The translations under genes and the position numbers were made by a program. The notes beneath the pieces are model-generated. The model worked only from the letters and a program-made list of their open reading frames with translations. It ran no database searches and had not been told where the DNA came from. DNA of 64,000 nt from Lysobacterales bacterium (GTDB lineage Bacteria; Pseudomonadota; Gammaproteobacteria; Xanthomonadales; BPKI01), in the NCBI GenBank assembly GCA_026005055.1, contig BPKI01000001.1, forward strand, positions 918,392 through 982,391, written 5' to 3'. Shown in pieces: positions 38,377-49,106 of this stretch. Position 1 is the first letter of the stretch. Each line of letters begins with the position of its first letter.

Positions 38377-39428
38377 TGCGGGCCGTTCTCCTTTTTCCGG
38401 CGGTGCTGCTCCTCGCCGCCTGCAGCTCGGAGGACCCGGCGGCGGCTCGGGGTGAATCGGCCGTTCCGGTGGTCGCTCGGCGGGTCGAGGCGATCGAGTG
38501 GCAGGACAGCGTCGAGGCGCTCGGCACCGCGCAAGCCAATGAATCGGTCACCATCACCGCCAAAGTCGCCGACGTCGTCACCCAGGTGGCCTTCGAAGAT
38601 GGTCAGGAGGTGCAGGCGGGTCAGCTTCTGGTAGCGCTGAGCGATCGCGCCGAGGTGGCGCAGCTTCAGGAGGCCGAGGCCGCCTTGCTCGAAGCCGAGC
38701 GGCAGTTCGAACGCACCCGGGAACTGGTCGAGGCCGGGATGCTCAATCGCTCCGCGCTGGATCAGCAGCAGGCGCTCAGGGACGCCGCGCGCGCCCGTGT
38801 GGAGGCGCTCAGGGCTCGTCTGGCCGATCGCGTGATCACGGCCCCTTTTTCGGGAAGGCTCGGGCTGAGGCGGGTGTCGCCCGGCAGTCTGGTGACGCCT
38901 GGAACCGTGATCACCACCTTGGACGACATCTCCCGGATCAAGCTCGACTTCTCGGTACCGGAAACCTTTCTCGCCGCGGTCGCGGTCGGCCAGCGCATCA
39001 GGGCGCGCTCGGCTGCCTTTCCCGACCGGAATTTCGAGGGCATCGTGCGCGCCGTGGACTCGCGGGTCGATCCGGTGACCCGCACCTTCGTGGTGCGGGC
39101 GGAGCTGCCCAATCCCGAGGGCCTGCTCAAGCCCGGAATGCTGCTCGTGGTCGCTCTGCTCGGGCCGCCGAGGCGCGCCATCGTGGTACCGGAGCTCGCC
39201 GTCTTCCAGGTCGGTTCGCGCCATTACGCTTTCCGGATCGACGAGGAAACCATGCATGCCGAGCAGCGCGAGCTCGTCCTGGGCGGCCGCCGTCCAGGCT
39301 TGGTCGAGGTGGCGTCGGGTCTGGCCGAGGGTGAGCTGGTGGTGGTCGAGGGTGCGCTCAGGCTGCGGCACGGCAGCCGCGTGGCGCTGGTGGGGGGGGA
39401 GGAAACGCCGGAGGTGCCGGCTTCATGA
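38376..39428 (+). CDS. RND efflux periplasmic adaptor (membrane fusion protein)
   Basis: Lipobox LLAAC, ITAPFSGRLG, LKPGM; TGATG overlap with CDGSH gene. Confidence 0.93.
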   Translation: MRAVLLFPAVLLLAACSSEDPAAARGESAVPVVARRVEAIEWQDSVEALGTAQANESVTITAKVADVVTQVAFEDGQEVQAGQLLVALSDRAEVAQLQEAEAALLEAERQFERTRELVEAGMLNRSALDQQQALRDAARARVEALRARLADRVITAPFSGRLGLRRVSPGSLVTPGTVITTLDDISRIKLDFSVPETFLAAVAVGQRIRARSAAFPDRNFEGIVRAVDSRVDPVTRTFVVRAELPNPEGLLKPGMLLVVALLGPPRRAIVVPELAVFQVGSRHYAFRIDEETMHAEQRELVLGGRRPGLVEVASGLAEGELVVVEGALRLRHGSRVALVGGEETPEVPAS

Positions 39429-42400
39429 GCCTTTCCGACATTTCGGTACGCCGACCGGTCTTCGCGGCCGTGCTCTCCCTGCTTCTGGTCGTGCTGGGCA
39501 CGGTCTCTTTCGGGCGCTTGTCGGTCCGCGAGTTTCCGGACATCGACCGACCGGTGGTTTCGATCGACACGGAATACCGCGGTGCAGCCGCGGCCGTGGT
39601 CGAGAGCCGGATCACGCAACCGCTCGAGGATGCGGTGAGCGGGATCGAGGGGATCGTGCTGATCCGCTCGAGCAGCGAGGCCGGCCGCTCCTCGATCAGC
39701 ATCGAGTTCGAACTCGGCCGCGACATCGATGGGGCGGCCAACGACGTGCGCGATGCGGTGGCCAGGGCGCGAGCGCTGCTCCCGACCGAGGCCGAGGCGC
39801 CACGGATCGCCAAGGCCCAAGCCGACGGGGAAGTGATCATGTGGCTCGGGCTGGCCTCCGATCGGCTGAGCACGCTCGAGCTGACCGATTATGCGGAGCG
39901 CTACATCATCGATCGGCTCGCCAACGTGCCCGGCGTGGCGCGGATTCAGCTCGGCGGCGCACAGCGCTACGCGATGCGCGTGTGGCTTGATCCGGTGGCC
40001 TTGGCCGCCCGCGGGCTCACGGTGAACGACGTCTTCGCCGCCCTCCGGCGCGAAAACGTCGAGCTTCCGGCCGGGCGCATCGAATCGACGACCCGCGATT
40101 TCCAGGTGCGTCTGCTCAGGCCCTATGGAACGCCCGAGGACTTCGCGGCCTTGCCCATCGCGCGCGGGGCCGATGGCCATGTCACCCGACTCGGCGAGGT
40201 GGCCAGAGTCGAGCTCGGCGCCGTCGAGCGGCGCAGTTTGTTCCGCGGCAACGGCCAAGGTTTTCTCGGGCTCGGCGTGATCAAGACCTCGACGGCCAAT
40301 ACGGTCGAGGTGGCGCGCGGCATCCGCGCCGAGGTGAGCCGTATCGAGCAGGGCTTGCCCCCGGGAATGCGCTTCCTGCCCGCCTTCGATAGCTCCGTCT
40401 TCATCGACACGGCGATCCGCGAGGTCTACAAGACGCTTTTCATCGCGATCGTGCTGGTGATCGCGGTGATCTGGCTTTTCCTCGGACGGCTGCGGGCGGC
40501 CTTGATTCCCGCGCTCACCGTTCCGATCTGCGTGGTCGCTGCCTTCAGCGCCCTGGACCTGTTCGGCTTCTCGATCAACCTACTCACCCTTCTGGCCTTG
40601 GTCCTCTCGATCGGGCTGGTGGTGGACGATGCCATCGTCGTGCTCGAGAACTGCCAGCGCCGGGTGGACAGCGGCGAGCCCAGGCTGCTCGCGGCCGATC
40701 GCGGCGCCCGTCAGGTGGCCTTCGCGGTGATTGCCACCACGGCGGTGCTGATCAGTGTCTTCGTCCCGATCGCCTTCTTGGAGGGGGATCTCGGACGCTT
40801 GTTCCGCGAGCTTGCCGTGACCGTGTCGGCGGCGGTGGCGATCTCCTCCGTCGTCGCCCTTTCGCTCGCGCCGATGCTTTGCTCGAAGCTGCTCGTCCCC
40901 CGCGTCGCCGAGCATGGTCTCGCCCGCGGCATGGGAAGCCTGTTCGAGCGCGTCTCGCGGCGCTACGAATCCTTCCTCGCGTCGGTGATCGCTCGGCCCG
41001 TCTGGATGGCGGTCGCACTCCTCGCCACGATGGGCCTGAGTGTATGGCTTTACCGTGCGGTGCCGCGAGAACTCACGCCCAACGAGGACCGGGGGGCCTT
41101 TTTCGTTCGGGTGGTGGCACCTGAGGGAGCCGGCTTCGACTACACGATGAGCAAGATGCTGGAGGTCGAAGCGCGTCTGCTCCCCCTGCTTGAGGAGGGC
41201 ATCGTCCAGCGGGTGCTCGTGCGAGTGCCTGGCTTCGGAGGCGGGGTGAGCAGCGAACGCTTCAACAGCGGTACCGCGGTGGTCAATCTCGTTCCCTGGG
41301 AGCAGCGCAGTATCACCACCGACGAGCTCGTCGAGCGGGTTCGGCGCGATCTGGACCAGATCCCGGGAATCCGCGCGATCCCGACGGTGCGGCGGGGACT
41401 CGGTCGCGGAGGAGGGGCGCCGGTTCAGCTGGTGCTCGGTGGCCCCACCTATGAGCAGCTCGTTGAGTGGCGGGACCGGCTGATGCAGGCGATCGAGCAG
41501 CGACTGCCCGGGCTGACCAACCTCGACAGCGACTTCAAGGAGACGGAGCCGCAACTGCACGTCACCATCGATCGCGCGCGCGCAGCCGATCTCGGCGTTT
41601 CCGTCGAGGAGATCGGACTCACGCTCGATGCGCTGATGGGCGGCCGTCGCGCGACCCGCTTCGTGATGGATGGGGAGGAATACGACGTGATCGTCCAGGC
41701 GCCGGGTGAAACCCGGGCCACGCCTCAGGCTCTGGCTCGTTACTTCGTGCGCTCTCAGCGTTCAGGCGAGCTGGTTCCCCTGGCCAACTTGGTCAATGTC
41801 CGCGAGATCGCCGAGCCGAGCCAGTACAACCGTTTCAATCGCATGCGAGCGATCACGATCAGCGCCAATCTGGCGCCCGGTTACCGTCTGGGCGAGGCGA
41901 TCGAGGATCTCACGGCCCTCGCCCGCGAGGTCTTGCCCGGGTCGGCGCAGCTCGACTGGGCCGGGGAGTCGCGGGAGTACTTGCGTGCGGGGCGCGAAGT
42001 GGTGTTCACCTTCGCGCTCGCCCTGCTGATCGTGTTCCTGGTGTTGGCGGCTCAGTTCGAGAGCTTCCTGCACCCGCTGACGATCATGCTCACCGTCCCC
42101 CTGGCCGTGCTCGGCGCCTTGCTCGGCCTCTACCTCGCCGGGGATACCCTGAACCTCTATAGCCAGATCGGAATCGTCATGCTGATCGGTCTGGCAGCGA
42201 AGAACGGCGTCTTGATCGTGGAGTTCGCCAACCAGCTGCGCGATCGGGGACTGTCGGTGCGAGCGGCGATCCTGCAAGCGAGCGCCATCCGTCTGCGGCC
42301 GATCGTGATGACCAGTCTCGCGACGGTGATGGGTGCTTTGCCGTTGCTCCTCGCGACCGGGGCCGGTTCCGCGAGCCGCGCGACGATCGGTCTGGTGATC

Positions 42401-42559
42401 GTCAGCGGCGTCCTGTTCTCGACGTTGCTCACCCTGTTCGTGGTTCCGACCTTCTACGCCGTGCTCGCGCCCTTCACCCGCTCGCCCGGTGCGGTGGCTC
42501 GCGAACTCGAGGAGGCCGCGCGTCGGCGACCCGAGGAAGTCGCGAAAGATCCCGCCTGA
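39425..42559 (+). CDS. RND efflux permease (AcrB/MexW-like)
   Basis: RRPVFA, GLVVDDAIVVLEN, GLAAKNGVLIVEFA, RLRPIVMT; 1044 aa. Confidence 0.96.
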   Translation: MSLSDISVRRPVFAAVLSLLLVVLGTVSFGRLSVREFPDIDRPVVSIDTEYRGAAAAVVESRITQPLEDAVSGIEGIVLIRSSSEAGRSSISIEFELGRDIDGAANDVRDAVARARALLPTEAEAPRIAKAQADGEVIMWLGLASDRLSTLELTDYAERYIIDRLANVPGVARIQLGGAQRYAMRVWLDPVALAARGLTVNDVFAALRRENVELPAGRIESTTRDFQVRLLRPYGTPEDFAALPIARGADGHVTRLGEVARVELGAVERRSLFRGNGQGFLGLGVIKTSTANTVEVARGIRAEVSRIEQGLPPGMRFLPAFDSSVFIDTAIREVYKTLFIAIVLVIAVIWLFLGRLRAALIPALTVPICVVAAFSALDLFGFSINLLTLLALVLSIGLVVDDAIVVLENCQRRVDSGEPRLLAADRGARQVAFAVIATTAVLISVFVPIAFLEGDLGRLFRELAVTVSAAVAISSVVALSLAPMLCSKLLVPRVAEHGLARGMGSLFERVSRRYESFLASVIARPVWMAVALLATMGLSVWLYRAVPRELTPNEDRGAFFVRVVAPEGAGFDYTMSKMLEVEARLLPLLEEGIVQRVLVRVPGFGGGVSSERFNSGTAVVNLVPWEQRSITTDELVERVRRDLDQIPGIRAIPTVRRGLGRGGGAPVQLVLGGPTYEQLVEWRDRLMQAIEQRLPGLTNLDSDFKETEPQLHVTIDRARAADLGVSVEEIGLTLDALMGGRRATRFVMDGEEYDVIVQAPGETRATPQALARYFVRSQRSGELVPLANLVNVREIAEPSQYNRFNRMRAITISANLAPGYRLGEAIEDLTALAREVLPGSAQLDWAGESREYLRAGREVVFTFALALLIVFLVLAAQFESFLHPLTIMLTVPLAVLGALLGLYLAGDTLNLYSQIGIVMLIGLAAKNGVLIVEFANQLRDRGLSVRAAILQASAIRLRPIVMTSLATVMGALPLLLATGAGSASRATIGLVIVSGVLFSTLLTLFVVPTFYAVLAPFTRSPGAVARELEEAARRRPEEVAKDPA

Positions 42560-42566
42560 GCGAGCG

Positions 42567-45500
42567 TCAAGCGATTCCCTCGCCCTTGGCGTTCTCACGC
42601 AACCAGTCGGCCAGCTGAGCGCCTGGAAGGGGCCGGCCGATGAAGAAGCCTTGGGCCAGATCACAGCCCTGGCGCCGCAGATAGTCGAGCTGCTCGCGGT
42701 TCTCGACGCCTTCGGCGACCACTGCGAGCTCCAGGGTATGAGCCATGGCGATGATGGTGGCGGTGATGGCTTCGTCGTCGGGATCGACGATGAGGTCGCT
42801 GACGAAGGTCTTGTCGATCTTGAGGGTGTCGATCGGCAGTCGCTTGAGATAGGCGAGCGAGGAATAGCCGGTCCCGAAATCGTCGATCGCAAGACGCACC
42901 CCCGTCGCCTTGAGCGCACGCAAGGTGCGGATCGATTGTTCGGGATTGGCCATGACGATCGTTTCGGTGAGCTCGAGCTCGATGCGCTGCCCGGAGGTGC
43001 GGGTCTCGGCGAGGATGCGCGAGAGACGGTGGTCGAGGTCGCCGCGAAGGAGCTGCATGACCGAGACGTTGACCGCCATGCTCAGACGCAGCCCCGTGAC
43101 CTCGTCGAGCTGGCGCAGTTGAGCGGTCGCTTCCCTCAGCACCCACTCCCCGATCGGGACGATCAGTCCCGATTCCTCGGCCAGCGGCACGAAGCTCGCC
43201 GGGGGCACCATCCCGAAATCCGCGCTATGCCACCTGAGCAGCGCCTCGACGCCGCAAATGCGGCCTCGCCTGAGGTCGAGCTTCGGCTGGTAAACGAGCC
43301 CGAGCTCGTTGCGTTCGAGGGCGCGCCGGAGAGCGGCGCCCATGGAGGCGCGGCGCCGGGCCTCGAGATCCATCGCCTCGACGTAGAACTGGTAGGTGTT
43401 GCGACCCCGCTCCTTGGCCTGATACATCGCCGCGTCGGCGCACTTGAGGAGATCGGCGGGCACGTCGCCGTGTTCCGGATAGAGGGCGATGCCGATGGAA
43501 GGCGAGATGACCACGTCCTGACCCCCATCGAGGGTGAGCGGCTCGCGAAAGGCGTCGAGCACGCGCTCGGCCGTTCGTTCCACTTCGGAGAGATCGCGGA
43601 CGTCCTCGAGCACCAGCGTGAACTCGTCCCCGCCGAGGCGAGCGACGGTGTCGCGCTCTCCCGTGATCTGGCGCAGGCGCTCCCCTGCGGCGCGTAACAG
43701 GCGGTCCCCGACCGCGTGACCGAGCGAATCGTTGACGTGCTTGAAGCGGTCGAGATCGAGGAACAAGACCGCGACTCGGCTGCCCTGTCGGCGCGCTCGG
43801 GCGATGGCATGGGCCAGCCTCTCGCCGAGGAGGGTTCGGTTCGGCAGCCCGGTGAGGGTGTCGTAATTGGCGAGGTAGCGCAGCTCGTGCTCGACTCGCT
43901 TGCGATCGGTGATGTCGGAGAGAACGGTGACGAAGAAGGCGCGCTTTCCCTGAGCATCGAGGACCTCGTGCGCCTCGAGCTCGCAAAGGAACTCGCTCCC
44001 GTCCTTGCGCCGCTGCCAAATCTCGCCATGCCAGTGCCCGTCGGCGGCGAGGCGCTCGCGGAGCCGCCGGCGTTGCTCGGGAGGAAACAGGGGGCCGTCG
44101 AGCATCGCGGCGTCTTCGCCCAGCAGTTCCTCGGCCCCATAGCCCGTGATCCGGGTGAAGGCCGGATTCACCGACACGAAGCGGAAGGCCGGATCGAGAA
44201 CCGCCACGCCCTCGCTCATGCAGCGGATCACCTCGGCTGCGATGCGCCGATCGCGCTCGATGCGACGCGCTTCGGTGACGTCGCGGGCGGTGCCGGCCAT
44301 GCGCAGGGGCCGACCCTCCGCGTCTCGCTCGACCACCTTGCCGCGGGAGCGCACCCAGATCCAGCGCCCACTCGCGTGGCGGATTCGATGTTCGGACTCG
44401 AAAAACTCGCTCGCTCCAGCGAGATGCTCCGCGAGCAGCCGCTCGACCCTTTCCCGATCCTCGGGGTGGATGGCGTGATGACGCCAACTGTCGCTATCCA
44501 TGGTTTGTTCGGATTCCCTGAAGCCAAGCAACAGATCGGCGCCGAGGCGGTAGAAGCGCCCGCGCGCGATGTCCCAGTCCCAGTATTCATCGCCGGAACC
44601 CCAAAGCGCCAAGCGAAGCCGCTGCTCCCGTTCGGCCAGCGCCCGCTCGTGGGCCGCACGCTGCAGTCGGCGACGTCGCTGCACGAGGAAAACCACGCTG
44701 GAAAGCAGGACGGCGCCGAGGGCGTAAAGCACCTTTGCAGGCCAGCTCGCCCACCACGCCGGCTCCACCGTGATCCCGATGCCCGCGCGGGTGATGCCGA
44801 AATCCGTACTCTCCGCGATCAGGTCGAAACGGTATTCTCCGGCGGGAAGGTGGCTGAAAGTCGCGGTACGGCCGCGGCCTGCCTCGGTCCAGACGCGATC
44901 GAAGCCGCTGAGCCGCCAGGCGATGCGGTGCTCGGAGAGCCGAGCCGGGTCGATGATTCCGAAATCGAACTGGATCACCGCGGAACTCGCCTTCAGTCGC
45001 AGATGATCCGGAGGCGGTTCGATCTCCACCGCCCGAGAACCCTCTTCCAAGATGCGCACCGCGCGGATCACCAGCGGCGGAGGCTGCTCGCGCCGATCCG
45101 GGCGGTCGCGCCCGATGACGACGCCGGTGATCCCGCCGAAAGCCAAGCGCCCGTCGCTGAGGCGAAGCGCTGCTCCTCCATTGAACTCGAGCTCCTCGAG
45201 GCCGTGGCGGCGGTCGAAGAGATGCCAGCGCCCCGCGGTGGGATCGAAGCGCAGGATACCGACATTGCTCGACAGCCAGAGCTTCCCTTCGGCCTCGAGC
45301 AGCGCGTAGACGGTGGTGTCGCCGCGGGAGGTCATGAGCGGAGGCAGCACGCGCTCGGCCCGAACGCGATCCTCCTCCATCTGGACGATCCGGAGGAGGC
45401 CGCCGTGCGTGGCCAGCCATCGCCGTCCCTCGCTGTCCTCGAGGAAATCCCGCACGAGCTCGGTGCTGGGCGTGGCGAGCGCCCCGTCCACCTCGAGGCT

Positions 45501-47084
45501 CACGAAGCGAAGCGTATCGCCCTCCCCGCGCCATCGCGCCAGTCCGGCTGCGGTGGCCACCCAGAGCTCGCCCTGGCGATCCTCATGGATCCTGAGCACC
45601 ATCGGTTCCCGGCGTAGGTGGATCGCCGCCGGCGCGAAGCTGAGGCTCCGGATAGTGCCCCCGGGTCCATAGCCGCGCAGGCCGCCGTGCCGATAGCCGA
45701 CCCACAGGGTTCCATCACGCGCGCGCAGGAGGGCGCGAGGCTCGCTGTACGGCGGCTCCTCCGGAACCCTCTCGAAGGTGCCCTCGGGCTGCCTGCGCAG
45801 CAGTCCTTGCGGTGTCGTGGTCCATAGCCGCCCCTCCTCATCGAAGGCGAGGGCGGTGACGCGCAAGGGATCGGCGGCCTTCAGCCCGAGCACCTCGCGC
45901 AAGGGGGCGTCGTGCACCTCCACCGTCTTGCGCGTGAAATCGACTCTCCAGAGGCCCTCGCCGTCGAATCCGATCCAAAGACCGCCCGCCCCATCCTCGG
46001 CGAGAGCGCGCGCGTTGCCCGCGCGCGGCCGGGATTCGGCGGCGCTTCGCCGACTCAGCCAAGAGAAGGTCGCGTCTCGGGTGTCGGTATGGGCGAGACC
46101 GCGGGCGAAGCCCCCGACCCACAGGGTTCCGCGGCGGTCGATCAGCAGGGCCTGGATCGAATCGTCGTGCAGCCCTCTTGGCACCTCTTCCCGCCGGAAA
46201 GCTCGCACCCCTTGCTCTTCGACCAGCCACAGTCCTTGGCCGAGCGTGCCGGCCCACAGGCGCCCTTGCGCGTCTTCCACGAGTTGGTTGACGGTGAGAT
46301 CGCTGAGCGCGAGAGGCTCCCAGATCGACTCCCTGAGCCTCATGATCCCGCCGACGCCGGCGATGACCAGCGTGCCATCGCGCCGCTCGAGGACGGTGCG
46401 CACTGCCCGCTCGAGCACCTGGCCGAGGCGGCGGGCACGACCATCGCGATCGATCGCGAGCACCCCATCGGCGACGGCGAGGATTGCGCCCTCGGGCGTG
46501 GGAAAGAGATCGCGCACCGGGACCGAGCGGGGATGGCTGCGGTCGAGCCGCAGGAGGTCGCGCAATTGCTGGCTCTCCCGCTCGAAGCGCAGGATGCGGT
46601 CGGGAAGCGCGATCCACAGATCGCCGCGAGCGTCCTCGTAGAGTTTCACGACCGGCCCGGTCGCATCGGCTTCGAGCGCAGCGAGCGCAGGCGGCAGGGC
46701 CTGAATGCGTCCCGTACGGAGCTCGAGGGAGCTCAACGTCGCGGCACTGCCCCCGATCCACAACCGGTCGCCAGCGCCCAAGGCGAGCGCGGTGACGAAG
46801 GATTCGGGGAGGCCGTCGTCGGATCGCCATAGCCGCAGGTTTTCCCCGTCGTAGCGGTGCAGTCCGCCCTGCGTGCCGATCCACAGATAACCCTGAGGAT
46901 CCTCGAGGAGCGCGGTGATCGTGTGCTGCAGGAGGGCACGCTCGGAGCCCTCCAAGGGCTCGAAGACGCGATCGCGCTCGATGAGCTCGTGGACCGAGGG
47001 CGTTCCGATCGCCGGCGCGCCCGGAGACGTGGTGGCGAGGAGGACCAGGCTCCATCCGAGCACGGCTGGAGCGATGGAAGTCAT
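42567..47084 (-). CDS. Membrane sensor: periplasmic beta-propellers + Y_Y_Y, TM, PAS x2, GGDEF, EAL
   Basis: Repeated EDxxGxLWIGT blades, YRFDL, WDWD PAS, ARLGGDEF, VEALLRW, IDDFGTGYSSL. Confidence 0.95.
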   Translation of the reverse strand: MTSIAPAVLGWSLVLLATTSPGAPAIGTPSVHELIERDRVFEPLEGSERALLQHTITALLEDPQGYLWIGTQGGLHRYDGENLRLWRSDDGLPESFVTALALGAGDRLWIGGSAATLSSLELRTGRIQALPPALAALEADATGPVVKLYEDARGDLWIALPDRILRFERESQQLRDLLRLDRSHPRSVPVRDLFPTPEGAILAVADGVLAIDRDGRARRLGQVLERAVRTVLERRDGTLVIAGVGGIMRLRESIWEPLALSDLTVNQLVEDAQGRLWAGTLGQGLWLVEEQGVRAFRREEVPRGLHDDSIQALLIDRRGTLWVGGFARGLAHTDTRDATFSWLSRRSAAESRPRAGNARALAEDGAGGLWIGFDGEGLWRVDFTRKTVEVHDAPLREVLGLKAADPLRVTALAFDEEGRLWTTTPQGLLRRQPEGTFERVPEEPPYSEPRALLRARDGTLWVGYRHGGLRGYGPGGTIRSLSFAPAAIHLRREPMVLRIHEDRQGELWVATAAGLARWRGEGDTLRFVSLEVDGALATPSTELVRDFLEDSEGRRWLATHGGLLRIVQMEEDRVRAERVLPPLMTSRGDTTVYALLEAEGKLWLSSNVGILRFDPTAGRWHLFDRRHGLEELEFNGGAALRLSDGRLAFGGITGVVIGRDRPDRREQPPPLVIRAVRILEEGSRAVEIEPPPDHLRLKASSAVIQFDFGIIDPARLSEHRIAWRLSGFDRVWTEAGRGRTATFSHLPAGEYRFDLIAESTDFGITRAGIGITVEPAWWASWPAKVLYALGAVLLSSVVFLVQRRRRLQRAAHERALAEREQRLRLALWGSGDEYWDWDIARGRFYRLGADLLLGFRESEQTMDSDSWRHHAIHPEDRERVERLLAEHLAGASEFFESEHRIRHASGRWIWVRSRGKVVERDAEGRPLRMAGTARDVTEARRIERDRRIAAEVIRCMSEGVAVLDPAFRFVSVNPAFTRITGYGAEELLGEDAAMLDGPLFPPEQRRRLRERLAADGHWHGEIWQRRKDGSEFLCELEAHEVLDAQGKRAFFVTVLSDITDRKRVEHELRYLANYDTLTGLPNRTLLGERLAHAIARARRQGSRVAVLFLDLDRFKHVNDSLGHAVGDRLLRAAGERLRQITGERDTVARLGGDEFTLVLEDVRDLSEVERTAERVLDAFREPLTLDGGQDVVISPSIGIALYPEHGDVPADLLKCADAAMYQAKERGRNTYQFYVEAMDLEARRRASMGAALRRALERNELGLVYQPKLDLRRGRICGVEALLRWHSADFGMVPPASFVPLAEESGLIVPIGEWVLREATAQLRQLDEVTGLRLSMAVNVSVMQLLRGDLDHRLSRILAETRTSGQRIELELTETIVMANPEQSIRTLRALKATGVRLAIDDFGTGYSSLAYLKRLPIDTLKIDKTFVSDLIVDPDDEAITATIIAMAHTLELAVVAEGVENREQLDYLRRQGCDLAQGFFIGRPLPGAQLADWLRENAKGEGIA

Positions 47085-47208
47085 GGCGTCTGGAACGGTG
47101 CGTGGCCGCTCGAGCGGTGTTGAGTCCGAGTGTAGGGCGACCGATACGGAGGCACAAGCTCGCCGAGCGGGCGATCTACACTAGCGCCACAGCGGAGGCC
47201 GATGGCGA

Positions 47209-47727
47209 ATGCGTTTCGATTTTCCGATCTTGGCACGCGATCTGGAGAGAGAAGGTCTGAGCATGGATGCGGCGGCCTTTCACGGCACGCTATGCGGTTG
47301 GCTTTGTGCGGGGCGCTCCGACGTCGCCGGCCTGCGCCGAGAGCTGCTTCCTTCCGAGGCGTCCTTCGAACGGTTGTCGAGCGAATGGTTCGAGCGCTCG
47401 CTGAGCATGGCGGCGGAGGATCTCGACGATGGGATGCTCGGTTTTCACCCGCTGCTGCCCGCGGACGAAAGGCCCTTGGCGGAGCGCGTGCGCGCGCTTG
47501 CCGCCTGGTGCGATGCCTTTCTCGGTGCCTATGGCCTCGGTGGGGGTGGCGAGAATGGCGATGCCGAGAAGATCGCGATCCTCGCCGACCTTGCGGCGAT
47601 CGCCCGAGCCGACGATGCCAACGTGGACGATTCGGATGAGGAGTCCTTCATGGAGATCGTCGAATACGTGCGCGTGGCGGCGGTCTATTTGCGCATGAGC
47701 GCATTCGACGGTGCAGGGCGGCGATGA
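47209..47727 (+). CDS. UPF0149 (YgfB/YecA) family protein
   Basis: FHGTLCGWLC, ALAAWCDAFLGAYG, EIVEYVRVA; upstream of pepP. Confidence 0.9.
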   Translation: MRFDFPILARDLEREGLSMDAAAFHGTLCGWLCAGRSDVAGLRRELLPSEASFERLSSEWFERSLSMAAEDLDDGMLGFHPLLPADERPLAERVRALAAWCDAFLGAYGLGGGGENGDAEKIAILADLAAIARADDANVDDSDEESFMEIVEYVRVAAVYLRMSAFDGAGRR

Positions 47728-49106
47728 GCGTGCGATCGACGCTCCTCAGCGAGTATCAGCGCCGACGCCGCGTCCTCATGCGCACCTGCGGCGAGGCTTC
47801 GGCGATCGTGGTGCCAGCGGCGCACGAAAAGGTCCGCAGCAACGACACACACTATCCCTTTCGCCAGGACAGCGATTTTCTTTATCTCACCGGATTTCGC
47901 GAGCCCGATGCCGTTCTCGTCCTGGTTCCGGGGCGAGCTCGGGGCGAGGCCGTGATCTTCTGCCGCGAACGCGACGCGGAGCGAGAGCGCTGGGATGGGC
48001 CGCGCCTCGGGGTGGAGGCGGCTGCGGCGTCTTTGGGACTCGACGATGCTTTTCCGCTCGCCGACATCGACGAGATCCTCCCCGGTCTGATCGAGGGCCG
48101 AAGCAAGATTTATTACCCGCTGGGGCGCGATCCGGACTTCGACCGCCGGATCTTGGCCTGGCTCGAGCGGCTGCGCTCGCGCTCGCGGCAGGGCGCCACA
48201 CCGCCGCAGGAATTGGTCGCCCTCTCTCATGTTCTCGCCGAGCAACGGCTGTTCAAGAGCCCCGCCGAGGTGGCCCTGATGCGCAAAGCGGTGGCGATCG
48301 CGGTGGCGGCGCATCGCCGGGCGATGGCGTCGGCCCGTCCGGGCATCCGGGAATACGAGCTCGAGGCCGAGCTGCTCTACGAGTTCAAACGCGAAGGCGC
48401 GGAACCGGCTTATGGCGCGATCGTGGCGAGCGGGCCGAATGCGTGCATCCTGCATCATCGCGCGGGCAGCCGCGCGGCCAAGCCGGGGGAGCTCGTGCTC
48501 ATCGACGCCGGCGCCGAGTTCGAAGGCTATGCCTCGGACATCACCCGCACCTTTCCGGTGGACGGGCGTTTCAGCGCGCCGCAACGCGCGCTCTACGAGC
48601 TGGTCCTCGCCGCGCAGGAGGCGGCGATCGCCGCCGTCCGCCCCGGGGCGAGCTGGATCGCGCCCCATCAAGCAGCGGTCCGCGTGCTGACCGAAGGTCT
48701 GGTCCGATTGGGTCTGCTCGATGGAGCGCCCGAGAAGCACATCCGCGAGGAGAGCTACCGCCGCTTCTACATGCACAAGACCGGCCATTGGCTCGGTCTG
48801 GACGTGCACGACGTCGGCGACTATCGGGTGGACGGGGAATGGCGGGTGCTGGAGCCGGGCATGGTGCTCACGATCGAGCCCGGGCTTTACATCGCGGAGG
48901 ACGATACGACCGTGGCGCCCGAATGGCGCGGGATCGGCATCCGCATCGAAGACGACGTTCTGGTCACCCGGCGCGGTGCGGAAGTCCTGAGCGCGGCCCT
49001 GCCCAAGGCACCGGAGGCGATCGAGGCCATGGTCGGCTGCGCCGCCAAAGGTGCCCCGAATCCGCTCAATGCGAAGCGCCCAGCCGCGCGAAAGCGTCGC
49101 GGGTGA
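47724..49106 (+). CDS. pepP: Xaa-Pro aminopeptidase P
   Basis: FRQDSDFLYLTGF, IDAGAE, YASDITRTFP, HWLGLDVHD, TIEPG, GIRIEDD. Confidence 0.96.
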   Translation: MSVRSTLLSEYQRRRRVLMRTCGEASAIVVPAAHEKVRSNDTHYPFRQDSDFLYLTGFREPDAVLVLVPGRARGEAVIFCRERDAERERWDGPRLGVEAAAASLGLDDAFPLADIDEILPGLIEGRSKIYYPLGRDPDFDRRILAWLERLRSRSRQGATPPQELVALSHVLAEQRLFKSPAEVALMRKAVAIAVAAHRRAMASARPGIREYELEAELLYEFKREGAEPAYGAIVASGPNACILHHRAGSRAAKPGELVLIDAGAEFEGYASDITRTFPVDGRFSAPQRALYELVLAAQEAAIAAVRPGASWIAPHQAAVRVLTEGLVRLGLLDGAPEKHIREESYRRFYMHKTGHWLGLDVHDVGDYRVDGEWRVLEPGMVLTIEPGLYIAEDDTTVAPEWRGIGIRIEDDVLVTRRGAEVLSAALPKAPEAIEAMVGCAAKGAPNPLNAKRPAARKRRG

